This document shows, in pieces, positions 30,011 through 38,954 of a stretch of DNA of 64,000 nt. Position numbers and translations under genes: made by a program. The stretch's first letter is position 1. Every line of letters begins with the position of its first letter. Location: NCBI GenBank assembly GCA_963706285.1, contig CAVPLU010000008.1:8435-72434 (forward strand), given 5' to 3'. The stretch is from Candidatus Bathyarchaeota archaeon (GTDB lineage Archaea; Thermoproteota; Bathyarchaeia; 40CM-2-53-6). The notes beneath the pieces are model-generated. The model made no database searches, was not told the origin of the DNA, and worked only from the letters and a program-made list of their open reading frames with translations.

Positions 30011-30421
30011 TCAGTCCGGAAATGTCTTCACAGTTTCTGGGAGGAGTTGTCTTCCATCAAAATAGAATGATTCAATCATTTTTCTCGGGATCGAGTAGAT
30101 GACGTATGAGAGGCCCGGGTAGTTTGCTCGTGCTTTGTCAACGTCTGATGCGTTGGGCGAAGAGAATGGATGACTGTGATAGAAACCTATGACTTCAAGT
30201 CCATTGCGTTCTGAGTAGGAGAAGGCGCGAAAGAGCGTATCGGGGTCAATCTCATATGAAGATTCAGAGGAAAGCTGATTCTTGGCGGGCCAGACCTCTG
30301 TGACAGTGCGTACATCGCCATCGATTGTTCCAATTAGTACTCCGCAGGCTTCGATCGGAGAGGATTCATTGGAATGAGAAGAAATCCGTGCGGTGTGCTC
30401 TGCTGAGATCTTGAGAGTCAA
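30011..30421 (-). CDS. JAB1/MPN/JAMM metalloprotease (Rpn11/deSAMPylase-like)
   Basis: 136 aa with PIEACGVLIG and the JAMM motif FYHSHPFSSPNASDVD. Confidence 0.85.
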   Translation of the reverse strand: MTLKISAEHTARISSHSNESSPIEACGVLIGTIDGDVRTVTEVWPAKNQLSSESSYEIDPDTLFRAFSYSERNGLEVIGFYHSHPFSSPNASDVDKARANYPGLSYVIYSIPRKMIESFYFDGRQLLPETVKTFPD

Positions 30422-30482
30422 TCGATAAGATACCCATGTGCATGGATAGGTTCTAACTAGGAGAGTGCTCTGGGTGTCCTTT

Positions 30483-30656
30483 CTAGAGTTCGCCCTTTAG
30501 GAAGGCGTCGATGGTTGCTTTCCTGCATTTTGGGCAGATTCGCAGGTGATATCGTTCATTAGGTAAGGGTTGGTGGCACCACTCACACTTTCTGATTTGA
30601 TTCTGCCTGAGTTCCTGGAATTCTTCTATCAGGAGCCTGGTCGTGCTGTCGTTCAT
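30483..30656 (-). CDS. Small Zn-ribbon protein (57 aa), absent from the ORF track
   Basis: ATG 30656 to TAG 30483: MNDSTTRLLIEEFQELRQNQIRKCEWCHQPLPNERYHLRICPKCRKATIDAFLKGEL. It has CxxC-13-CxxC spacing and lies 61 nt upstream of, and co-oriented with, the JAMM gene. Confidence 0.45.
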   Translation of the reverse strand: MNDSTTRLLIEEFQELRQNQIRKCEWCHQPLPNERYHLRICPKCRKATIDAFLKGEL

Positions 30657-30717
30657 CAATCTGGTTTTCCTCTTTTCTTTTGTTGCGGGGGTTTCGCGTT
30701 GTCTAATGCTACTGTGT

Positions 30718-30784
30718 TAAGCATCTTAAGACATTTAACAAGATTTATAAGCAACATATGTAAGCAATGTAAGCAAGTAAGCAA
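30718..30784. promoter_or_regulatory. Array of TAAGCAA heptamers in a divergent promoter region
   Basis: Exact TAAGCAA at 30748, 30761, 30770 and 30778, plus TAAGCAT at 30718. The array lies between the Zn-ribbon gene start (30656, -) and the RHH gene start (30809/30818, +). Confidence 0.45.
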
Positions 30785-30808
30785 GTTATACAGAATTACT
30801 GTTGTGGG

Positions 30809-31228
30809 TTGTTTTGCTTGGCTAACAATGCTGTCCTGATACGCGGGTTGGACAGGAACCTCTACAACAAAATCGTAGCACGCTCTAAGGAGCAGGGCAA
30901 GAACGTCGCCGAAATAGTCAACGATGCGATGCGGGCCTACATGGACGAAGGAGCTGCCCTACCCCCGAGCGTCTTCGACACGAAGAAGCTTGTCTTCACA
31001 GGCTCCGTGAGCCTCTCAAAGTCAGACATCCTCGGCCTTCACGATGAGCTAGGGCAATTTCAACTGGAAAACAGTGGCACCCTGACCCTTGACAGGGACA
31101 TTGACAAAGAAGCCTTTCACCGAATCGAAAGAATACACAATACTGGAAAACTCCGAGTACCTTCGAACGTGCATCACTTAGCCCTGCTTAAGGTAGGTCA
31201 GGTGCACGGTGAAGTCGAGAAGTACTGA
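30809..31228 (+). CDS. Ribbon-helix-helix (CopG/Arc-like) DNA-binding protein with ~95-aa uncharacterised C-terminal domain
   Basis: The N-terminus AVLIRGLDRNLYNKIVARSKEQGKNVAEIVNDAMRAYM fits a beta-strand plus two helices. Start is TTG 30809 or 30818. A T5 tract lies 20 nt after the stop. Confidence 0.6.
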   Translation: MFCLANNAVLIRGLDRNLYNKIVARSKEQGKNVAEIVNDAMRAYMDEGAALPPSVFDTKKLVFTGSVSLSKSDILGLHDELGQFQLENSGTLTLDRDIDKEAFHRIERIHNTGKLRVPSNVHHLALLKVGQVHGEVEKY

Positions 31229-31373
31229 CTTCATCTACACATGCCCGTTTTTCACCAATCGCCGTTTGACAATTCTTACCTCAAATTTCACCTGAGTACC
31301 ATTGCTTTTGGCCGGAAGCCTGCCGGAGTTTATTCTTTCGTTGCCTCGGTTACGTCCAGACTTGGGTCAACTG

Positions 31374-31985
31374 TTACCGCTTAGAGACGTATGGGTTGTC
31401 TTTGACGAAGAAACGCCATGGTTTCTCGCTACCTGATCTAATTCCTATTCTGGTCCCAATCGTAATGTTGAGCGGTATCTGATGGGAAGTTTTAGTGATG
31501 TACAATTTCTTTCTTGATGTGAGGTCATGACCGTTCAGGGTTTTGGTGACAGCAAACGCTTGTGTGAGCTTCGCCGGTCCATTGCATAGATCCTTCACAT
31601 GCTCAGTCCCGCGTCGTCTTTTCATTTCCACCAGACCTTTGACAGGTTGGACTGCGCGGATTAGCACTGCTCCTGCTTGCCCTGCGGTTTCCGTCGTTAC
31701 GTTGAGGCAATAGTGCATTCCGTAGGTGAAGTAGACGTAAGCGTGTCCAGGCTCGCCGAACATGACTTCGTTCCTTCGGGTAGGGCCTCTGTAGGCGTGG
31801 CTGGCAGGGTCGTCGGCCCCTCGATATGCTTCGGTCTCGACGATTATTCCTTCCAGGACCGTGGATCCGAGTTTTCTAACGAGGGTTTTTCCGAGGAGTT
31901 CCTCTGCAACTTTGACCGTGTTTCTTTCATAGAAGCCTCTTGTGAGTGACGCTCCAGAGTTGTTGGCATGGTGAGGCTTTCGCAT
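31374..31985 (-). CDS. mpg: DNA-3-methyladenine glycosylase (MPG/AAG family)
   Basis: 203 aa with VAEELLGKTLV...IVETEAYRGADDPASHAYRG.T.RN..MFG.PGHAYVYF.YGMH.CLNV. Confidence 0.9.
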   Translation of the reverse strand: MRKPHHANNSGASLTRGFYERNTVKVAEELLGKTLVRKLGSTVLEGIIVETEAYRGADDPASHAYRGPTRRNEVMFGEPGHAYVYFTYGMHYCLNVTTETAGQAGAVLIRAVQPVKGLVEMKRRRGTEHVKDLCNGPAKLTQAFAVTKTLNGHDLTSRKKLYITKTSHQIPLNITIGTRIGIRSGSEKPWRFFVKDNPYVSKR

Positions 31986-32015
31986 TTTTTGCTCCAGCTT
32001 GGCAATGGTAGGTGG

Positions 32016-32699
32016 TCAGTCACGATGTCTCAACGACATTATGTATTTCAAGGCAAAGTACAGGCTCCTTATTCTCAGTAGGAAGGTGAATTTTGTCTTA
32101 CCCTCTGTTCTTTTTCGAATGCTCACAGGGACCTCTTTGAGTTTCAGCCCAAGCAGTCTTGCTTTGTAGATAATCTCCAATTCGATTTCGAATCCCGTAG
32201 ACTTCAGACGAGGAAGTATTCGGCGGATCGCAGCCTTGCTGAATGCTCGGTACCCGGTTTGAACATCCGTGAAGTCACCGCCATACCTTGCTGATAGCAG
32301 CCAGGAGACGAGACGGTTTGATGCGAATGTTACAAGGCCCATGGATTTCAGAGCCTTCATGTTCATTGTTCTGGATCCAATCACAATGTCGGCCTCAGAT
32401 GCCTGTATTGGGATGACTAGGCTTGGGATATCGTCGGGATCATGCTGCCCGTCCGCATCTAGCGTGACGACGATGTCACTCCCTCTCTTCCTTGCTAGGT
32501 CAAAGCAGTGCCTCAAAGCGGCTCCTTTTCCAAGATTCTGAGAGTGATGAATCACGAGGGCTCCATGGCTTTCTGCTATGAGACCGGTATTGTCCTCGCT
32601 GCCATCATCGATCACGACCAATTCACTAACGTGAGGAATAACGTTGACCAGAACGTCTGCGATCGTGTTCTCTTCGTTATAGGCAGCGACGCAAGCCAT
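32016..32699 (-). CDS. Family 2 glycosyltransferase (dolichyl-phosphate hexose synthase-like)
   Basis: AAYNEENTI, VIDDGSEDNT and LDADGQHDP (DxD) motifs. 227 aa. Confidence 0.85.
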   Translation of the reverse strand: MACVAAYNEENTIADVLVNVIPHVSELVVIDDGSEDNTGLIAESHGALVIHHSQNLGKGAALRHCFDLARKRGSDIVVTLDADGQHDPDDIPSLVIPIQASEADIVIGSRTMNMKALKSMGLVTFASNRLVSWLLSARYGGDFTDVQTGYRAFSKAAIRRILPRLKSTGFEIELEIIYKARLLGLKLKEVPVSIRKRTEGKTKFTFLLRIRSLYFALKYIMSLRHRD

Positions 32700-32783
32700 G
32701 ATTTTTGCAGTTTTTTGGATCGTGGCTGCTCACCGGTAGTGTTCTTATCGTTTGGGAATCTGCAAGTGAAATTCGCGTAGAAT

Positions 32784-34136
32784 CTATTTTGTGGCTCTCG
32801 TAATTCCAACGTCCTCGACGATCATGTGAGGGAGATAGACCGGAGTGGGGACTTCCCACCATTTGATCCATTTCCTTTCTTTTGAGAGCGAGGTGATTGA
32901 CTGCAATATGCGGGGCATGTTATCGCTGATGCGAAGTCCTTTCAGTGATCGTTCAATTCTGCCGTTCTTGATCTCGAACGCGCCGTCTCTGCAGATCGAT
33001 GAGAAATCACCTGTCTGATAGTTTTGGAATCGCGTGTACCAGTTGTTGGTCAGGTACAGTCCATTTTGTACGTGCTCAAAGAGTTCTTCTTGACGGTATT
33101 CTCCAGGTTCAACGACTACGTTGAGGGCCACTGGAGCTATCCCCCATGATCCCCCGACATAGAATGCGCTCCCGGTTAGCGTCCCACCGTACTTGGCAAC
33201 GCTATACGAACTGTGCAGGTACGTCTTCAGAATGCCATGGTCGATAATGATAGTCCGTTGCGTCGGGTATCCCTCGTCGTCGAGCGTGCAGGAGTTTATG
33301 CCCCAAGGCATACGTCGATCATCAGTCAACGTGAGCTTCTCGGAAGTGACTTTCTGACCTACCTTTCCCGTGAGAAAGGATAGGCCGAGATCTACGGAGT
33401 AGGCCGATGCAGAGTCTGCCGTTCTGTTGAGAAACTCTGCCATTATGGAGGGGCCGAACAGTACTGTGTATTTGCCTTCGTTTCCGAAGGTCGGGTTCTT
33501 AGCCTGGTTCGCGATCTTGCCCGCTTCCGTTCCTGCAAGTTTGGGATTGAAGTCTTCAAGTCGGGTTGCGCAGCTGTTGCCCTGGCCGCTCGAATCCTCG
33601 GTGACAAACGCTCGTATCGATATGTCGATGTTCGTTCCTTTGTCTCGGCCTTCAGTTCCCGCAGAGGTTTTCACATATCTCTCCGATTCACTAGTCACGA
33701 TTACGCCGGAGGATCGCTTCGCTCCCTCGGCGTGAGCTGCATTAATGGCTTCTTCGGCGAAATCCACCAGCTCGTCTGTCATCTTAGGGATGCGAGCGTC
33801 GTAAGTCTGCGGAGCAGGATCATATTTGAACGGTCCTTTGGGAAGAGTAGATTTGACTTCGCCTGGTTTCGTGATATCCATCGCGGCCTTTAGTGTCTTC
33901 ATGACTTCTTTCAATGCGTCAATGTTGGGATTCTCCACGCGGGCTCCTGCACGTTTACGTTCTGAGAGCAGGTAGACGCTCGGAATTATCTGATCCCACG
34001 ATTGCACAATTGTGACAGAGTCGTTCGCGAACTTTAGCATCTTACGCTTTTCATGAGTTACAGTCGCGGCTACTTCTCTCACTCCGAGTTTCTGGCCGTA
34101 GTCGACAGCCTGATCTACAATCTGTTCTAGGTTCAC
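32784..34136 (-). CDS. pmbA: PmbA/TldE-family modulator protein
   Basis: TldD/PmbA fold without the HExxxH site. GTG 34136 sits 4 nt after the tldD stop and has GGGAGG upstream. The ORF track extends to 34271, inside tldD. Confidence 0.83.
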   Translation of the reverse strand: MNLEQIVDQAVDYGQKLGVREVAATVTHEKRKMLKFANDSVTIVQSWDQIIPSVYLLSERKRAGARVENPNIDALKEVMKTLKAAMDITKPGEVKSTLPKGPFKYDPAPQTYDARIPKMTDELVDFAEEAINAAHAEGAKRSSGVIVTSESERYVKTSAGTEGRDKGTNIDISIRAFVTEDSSGQGNSCATRLEDFNPKLAGTEAGKIANQAKNPTFGNEGKYTVLFGPSIMAEFLNRTADSASAYSVDLGLSFLTGKVGQKVTSEKLTLTDDRRMPWGINSCTLDDEGYPTQRTIIIDHGILKTYLHSSYSVAKYGGTLTGSAFYVGGSWGIAPVALNVVVEPGEYRQEELFEHVQNGLYLTNNWYTRFQNYQTGDFSSICRDGAFEIKNGRIERSLKGLRISDNMPRILQSITSLSKERKWIKWWEVPTPVYLPHMIVEDVGITRATK

Positions 34137-34140
34137 GGAG

Positions 34141-35566
34141 CTAGCCTCCCAGTTTGACTTTTCGAAGACGTATTGGTGGTCCCCCATGCCATACTGGAGC
34201 TCCTTGCATTGGTTCGCCTTTTCCACATGTGGCCGCCTCGTATTCCACGGTCTTTCCAACAGCATCCACACTGCCGTAGAGTCCCGGTGTAGTGATCTCG
34301 AGAATCGGGTTCCTTAGGGGGCTTGTGATCTCTCCTTTCTCGATCAGGTATGCTTCGAGTCCTACGTATCTCTGATTGTAGCGTCTGTCGTCAATATTCC
34401 ATTCCATGAATGTCTTGATGAAAACGCCCTTGCTGATGTCTTCGATCAACTCTTCGTCAGTGTGGTCGCCTGGAAGCATGTACGTGTTCGCCATTCTGAT
34501 GATAGGTTCCCTATCGTAGCTTACGGCTCTAGCCGCTCCGTTGCTGCTCACACCGAGTTCTGCAGCTGTTTCGCGATTCTGTAAGAATCCTGCGATAATT
34601 CCATTCTTGATTAGAGTTCTTCTGCTTGCTCGCACGCCCTCTTCATCGTACTGGTAGAAGCCGTACGAGTTTGGAACGGTAGGGTCATCTACAACGGTGA
34701 CGGCTTCCGTGCCAATTCGATGCCCGATCATGTCGGGCTTGATGTAGGATTCTCCAGCCTGGGCGGCTTCTCTGCCTAAGATTCTGTCTGCTTCCTGAGG
34801 ATGTCCACAGGATTCGTGGCAAATGATGCCAGTGACCTCCGATCCGAGAACTAGATCCATCTCCTCTTGGGCGGCTGGTTTTGCTTCACGAAGAATCTTC
34901 CCCAGCGTTGCCGCCTCTTCGGAAACATACTTCGAGGGATTCCATTCCTCGAGTCGTTCCCATCCGCCCGTCTCGCCTTTCTCGCCGATTCTCTGGATCG
35001 TTCCTTTCCCGGGCACAGTTGCAGTAAGGAGAAACAGCAAACCGATCCTGGAGGCTACCCCGTGAATCTTCGAGCCTTCGCTGTTAGCGAAGTATCGGTC
35101 GGTCATGTCGTCCATCAGAACAAGCGTCCGAGAAGGAAGATCTCACCTTCACAACATCAGGGCTTAGGTTCTTTTCGATGTCTTCGAGGACCCGTACTTT
35201 CTCCTCGATCGTAATATCGAGAAGTGATCTTCGCGCTTTCGTCTCCCAGTTTGCCTGCTCTGCCTTCTCCTCTGACAGGCGTATTGGTTTGGTGACAAGT
35301 CTCTTCGACGCTTTCGCCGTTCTGCATGCGATATCAACAACTTCACTCAAAGATTCCCTAGAGAGATCGTTTGTGGACGCAAATCCGAGCGCACCATCGA
35401 CAAGCACGCGGACCCCGATACCTTCCGCCTTGGCCAGCTGAACCGGCTCTGGCGCTCCGTTGGTTAGAGTGACTCCGCTGCCCGAGTCGATGTGAAGCCT
35501 TGCTTCAGCATATTCCACTCCTCTCGCAGAAGCAGAATCAACCGCATAGCGAACAAGTTCTTCCAT
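34141..35566 (-). pseudogene. tldD: TldD metalloprotease split by one +1 frame break (~35125)
   Basis: ORF 35084-35566 is the TldD N-terminus and ORF 34141-35115 is the remainder with the HESCGHPQEAD metal site. Homology is continuous as ...VVKVRSSFS(D/T)LVLMDDMTDRYFANSEG... if one nt is skipped. Confidence 0.85.
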
Positions 35567-35719
35567 GAACGAGACCGGGCTCTGAGCGTGGGAGAACTTG
35601 ATTTAAGGGTAGCGAAGCTTTGAAGGCAATTTTCATCTCTTCGAAACGTCGAGTCCAGAGTTCGCACTACTCTGCGAAGCAACTCAAGCTCTACGGTTGG
35701 AACTTCGAGTGGCTCGTTC

Positions 35720-36217
35720 CTAGTATCTTCCTCGGCGACCGCCGCCGTATCCTCTGCCTCGTCCTCTGTCTCCGTAGCCTTCGTCCCGGTTTCTAGGTCT
35801 GAAACTCGGGTATCTTCGCCTTTCAGGCATGGGGAACTCCTTGTTGGAAAGGTTGTTGTCAGCATTGACGTTCTCAATCGGCGGAGCGCCGGTCTCCAAC
35901 GAACCGTAGCGGCCTATGTTTAGCCGCATCGATCCGCGGAAGAGCGAGATGTAGCCGTTCTTGACGTTTATCGTGTCATTCTCATTGACTTTGTCGATGT
36001 TGTCGTCCCACAAGGTGAGGTAGACCGAGCCGGTCTCATCTCCGACGAGAGCATCTACAACTCGATGCGTCGAGCCATCTCTCCGAGAAACAGTCTCGCG
36101 GGCTTGGCCCTTTGAGACTACCTTCACGGTAACGTTCACTTGTCTGGATTCTGGGCCAAGGCCCTCGACCTTGACGTTCACAGCAGCAGGTGGCTGTCCT
36201 TCTCCTTCCGTTGACAT
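35720..36217 (-). CDS. ssb: Single-OB-fold ssDNA-binding protein with RGG-rich C-terminal tail
   Basis: 165 aa with an OB core (VNVTVKVVS...GDETGSVYLTLWDD...FRGSMRLNIG), as in crenarchaeal/thaumarchaeal SSBs. The tail is GYGDRGRGRGYGGGRRGRY. Confidence 0.72.
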   Translation of the reverse strand: MSTEGEGQPPAAVNVKVEGLGPESRQVNVTVKVVSKGQARETVSRRDGSTHRVVDALVGDETGSVYLTLWDDNIDKVNENDTINVKNGYISLFRGSMRLNIGRYGSLETGAPPIENVNADNNLSNKEFPMPERRRYPSFRPRNRDEGYGDRGRGRGYGGGRRGRY

Positions 36218-36453
36218 CTACTTCACACTCGGCTTAACATATCCGACAATAGGTCGTATCTTAAGCATTGCGATTCCATCCAAGGGAGTGGGACAAGTAG
36301 CAGCAAGTGTGAGACCGGACAAGTGTCTAGACCAAAAACCGTCCTGAGAATAGCTGCTTTCGCCCTTTCTACAACACATACATAATCCAACCCGCCCTCT
36401 TGTTGGTACAGGCAAGCTGAGAAGACCCACGATAATAATCGGACGGAGCATGT

Positions 36454-37458
36454 TTGAATAAGCGACTGGATGAATTGCTGCTCACAACTACGGACACCGG
36501 TAGCCTGCCGATCTTCGACGATTTCAATGGTGACCGAACGAACTTCGAGGGGGCGATACTCGACAAGCTTTCGGTAGGCTTGGACTATCCATGCTATCCT
36601 CAGCTTCAAGGCTCGCCCTCCGATCCCACGAATATGGGTCTACAGTTTCTGATCCCGCTCTCCAAACTTGAGCCTAAGATTCAGATCAGAGGAGAGGAGG
36701 CTACGCTTCTGTCAGACGAGATCAAGTCTCCGTCTGAGCCGATCGGCGTGGAACGAGCGGAGCACTATGTGACGTTTCTTCGTGAGCACGATCTTCTCTC
36801 TAGGGTAAAGGGTCTGAAGGCCTGTATTACTGGTCCTTTCACACTTGCCAGTTATCTCAACAGAAGGAACCTGATGACATGTGGCACGTCAAAGCCCGAA
36901 GTCGTCAAAGTCCTCACCGAGGCTCTCAGCAACTCATGCAAACGCCTCAACGAGCTTGGATTCGACTTGGTCAACGTGGACGAGCCTTTCCTCTCAGTAA
37001 TGCTGGGACGCAAAGTGCTGTTCAAGTACGACGAGAAATTCGTCGTTGAGATGCTTGACACCATGATAGGTGAAATATCGGGGTTCTCCGCGATTCATGT
37101 CTGTGGCACGATAACTCCATTGGTCAAGAAGGTTCTACTGGAAAGCAAAGTCAACATCGTCGACCACGAGTTCGCAGGTTCTCCCAATAATCTACATGCA
37201 TACACCAGAGATGAGCTAGAAGGCTCCGGCAAGTTCCTTGCCTATGGCTGTGTTTCCTCAGTGAAGCCTCAAGTGGAGACCGTAGAAGAGATCTCAGCCT
37301 CGATACGCAATGCAATGAAGACCTTCGGTTCGCGGATAATCGTGAAGCCTGACTGTGGTTTTGGAGGCATGTTCGGCGTCTCAGGTGCCTATGAGGCTGT
37401 TCTGAAGAAACTTGAGAATATGGTAAAGGCGGCTCGAATGGTTGCGGAGTCAGGTTAA
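36454..37458 (+). CDS. Core-MetE-like (cobalamin-independent methionine synthase catalytic-domain-only) methyltransferase
   Basis: 334 aa with UROD/MetE-like TIM barrel motifs NVDEPFL, IHVCG and KPDCGFGGM (His/Cys/Cys Zn ligand pattern). TTG start. Confidence 0.68.
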   Translation: MNKRLDELLLTTTDTGSLPIFDDFNGDRTNFEGAILDKLSVGLDYPCYPQLQGSPSDPTNMGLQFLIPLSKLEPKIQIRGEEATLLSDEIKSPSEPIGVERAEHYVTFLREHDLLSRVKGLKACITGPFTLASYLNRRNLMTCGTSKPEVVKVLTEALSNSCKRLNELGFDLVNVDEPFLSVMLGRKVLFKYDEKFVVEMLDTMIGEISGFSAIHVCGTITPLVKKVLLESKVNIVDHEFAGSPNNLHAYTRDELEGSGKFLAYGCVSSVKPQVETVEEISASIRNAMKTFGSRIIVKPDCGFGGMFGVSGAYEAVLKKLENMVKAARMVAESG

Positions 37459-37602
37459 GCGTATCTGAGTCAGGAACTTGTACACTATCAAGGCGACAAG
37501 GAAGATCAAGTAGAATCTGAGGAAAATAAGTGCGGCTCTGACTGTTCTAGTTGTTTTCACTCGTGGCACATTTGCTCACTCTCACATCTGAGTTTTCTCT
37601 TG

Positions 37603-38673
37603 CTACTCTCCCGCTAGGAACACGTCTTTCTCTCTAATCACGCCGACGATCTTGTTCGATTCATCGGTGATGGGGATTGCTCTGAAACGATACTTCCGGA
37701 ATAGTGATTCGATGTCTCCTCGCATGGTAGTGGGTGCGACTGATACAACGTTCTTAGTCATGATGTCCTCGAGCTTCCTCGTAGGATCTGCCTGCAAGAG
37801 TTCGTTGATGTCTATGACGCCTCTCAGATTTTTCTCATCGTCGACAACGTAGATGTACATCGTGACATCGCAGCTGCGTGCTTCTTGTCGGAATCTCGTG
37901 AAAGCTTCTTCAACCGGTAGGTCGCCTGGGAATCCCAGGAAGCAATGCATGGCAAGAGTCGACGCTGGAACATCGTGTTGACTGAGGAGCTGATGGACTT
38001 TGGAAGCAACATCTCCTTTCAGTATCTTCAGGAATTCCTCAGAATCGTCTCGTGGAAGAATCGAGATTATGTTAGCGATTTCAGCGGGGGATAGATGAGC
38101 GAAGATTTGAGCGGCTCGTTCCGTGCTTGTTGAGGCTAGGATTTCTCTCTGGACTCTTGGTTCCGTTGCGTCAAGAGCGCCAGCGGCAACTCCACTATCC
38201 AGTGTGCTGAAGATGTGGATTCTCTCTTCATGGCTGAGTTCCTCAAGTATGTCAGCCAAGTCTTCAGGGTGAATGTCTTTGAGTCCGTCTCTTGTTATTG
38301 TGAGTTTCACGTCGCCCTTGGTGCCTGTGAGGTCTGTCGGCAAGGATTGTACATACCGCCATGGGATGATATCATCACATGAACCGTTTTCAAGAACAGA
38401 CTTGACAATTCTACCAAGTCCCAATCGGCGCATGAATGCGTGTCGGCCTACATCCGCTCCGACAACAAACAGCTTACTTTCCACGAAAAGAAGTTGTACG
38501 TCGTAGACAACTTCTACATCGAATCCTTCTGTGTCAAGGATTCTCTTATCAAGAATCTTATCTCTAAGCAGGAGCTGATCATTGCCGTGTTTGATCTCAG
38601 GATACTTGCCTTCAGGGGGATCTTGCACGAGAGTCTTCTCGGTCGTCACGCTAGACAACATTACTCCAAGCAA
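37603..38673 (-). CDS. Soluble PRC-barrel + MgtE N-domain + CBS-pair protein (no membrane domain)
   Basis: The sequence runs ILDKRILDTEGFDVEVVYDV (PRC-like), DLADILEELSHEERIHIFSTL...AEIANIISILP (MgtE_N), then two CBS motifs. The ORF is in frame with ORF 38677-38901 across a single TAA. Confidence 0.75.
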   Translation of the reverse strand: MLGVMLSSVTTEKTLVQDPPEGKYPEIKHGNDQLLLRDKILDKRILDTEGFDVEVVYDVQLLFVESKLFVVGADVGRHAFMRRLGLGRIVKSVLENGSCDDIIPWRYVQSLPTDLTGTKGDVKLTITRDGLKDIHPEDLADILEELSHEERIHIFSTLDSGVAAGALDATEPRVQREILASTSTERAAQIFAHLSPAEIANIISILPRDDSEEFLKILKGDVASKVHQLLSQHDVPASTLAMHCFLGFPGDLPVEEAFTRFRQEARSCDVTMYIYVVDDEKNLRGVIDINELLQADPTRKLEDIMTKNVVSVAPTTMRGDIESLFRKYRFRAIPITDESNKIVGVIREKDVFLAGE

Positions 38674-38676
38674 TGT

Positions 38677-38901
38677 TTAGGGAGGACGACCCAACGAGCG
38701 TTCGATGATCAGGCTTGTCACTTCAGCGTAGTGTGGATCGTCTCTGATGACTAGATCTTTCAGCTTGCCAATCGTGATGCCGCTCTGAGTTTTCACTTTC
38801 TTGTCAAGGATCTCAGTGAGGAGGAGATATCGTGCAGCCTTGTTTTCTCCGAGGGACGCCTTCTGAATGTACTCTCTGATCTGACTTGACTTCGTCGACA
38901 C
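38677..38901 (-). CDS. Small PRC-barrel-like protein (or N-terminal part of the downstream gene)
   Basis: 74 aa, ILDKKVKTQSGITIGKLKDLVIRDDPHYAEVTSLIIE. Same frame as 37603-38673, separated by TAA 38677-38679 plus one codon. Confidence 0.5.
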   Translation of the reverse strand: MSTKSSQIREYIQKASLGENKAARYLLLTEILDKKVKTQSGITIGKLKDLVIRDDPHYAEVTSLIIERSLGRPP

Positions 38902-38954
38902 TAATTCCCGCCTCGAGGTGTTCCTGCTCTGCTGGATCAGTCAACTGACGGGCC

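Noticed and set aside
37450-37569. A 39-codon hydrophobic ORF (VPRVKTTRTVRAALIFLRFYLIFLVALIVYKFLTQIRLT) downstream of the MgtE_N/CBS gene.
   Set aside because: It is too short to support without conservation or expression data, and it overlaps the 3' end of the converging MetE-like gene.
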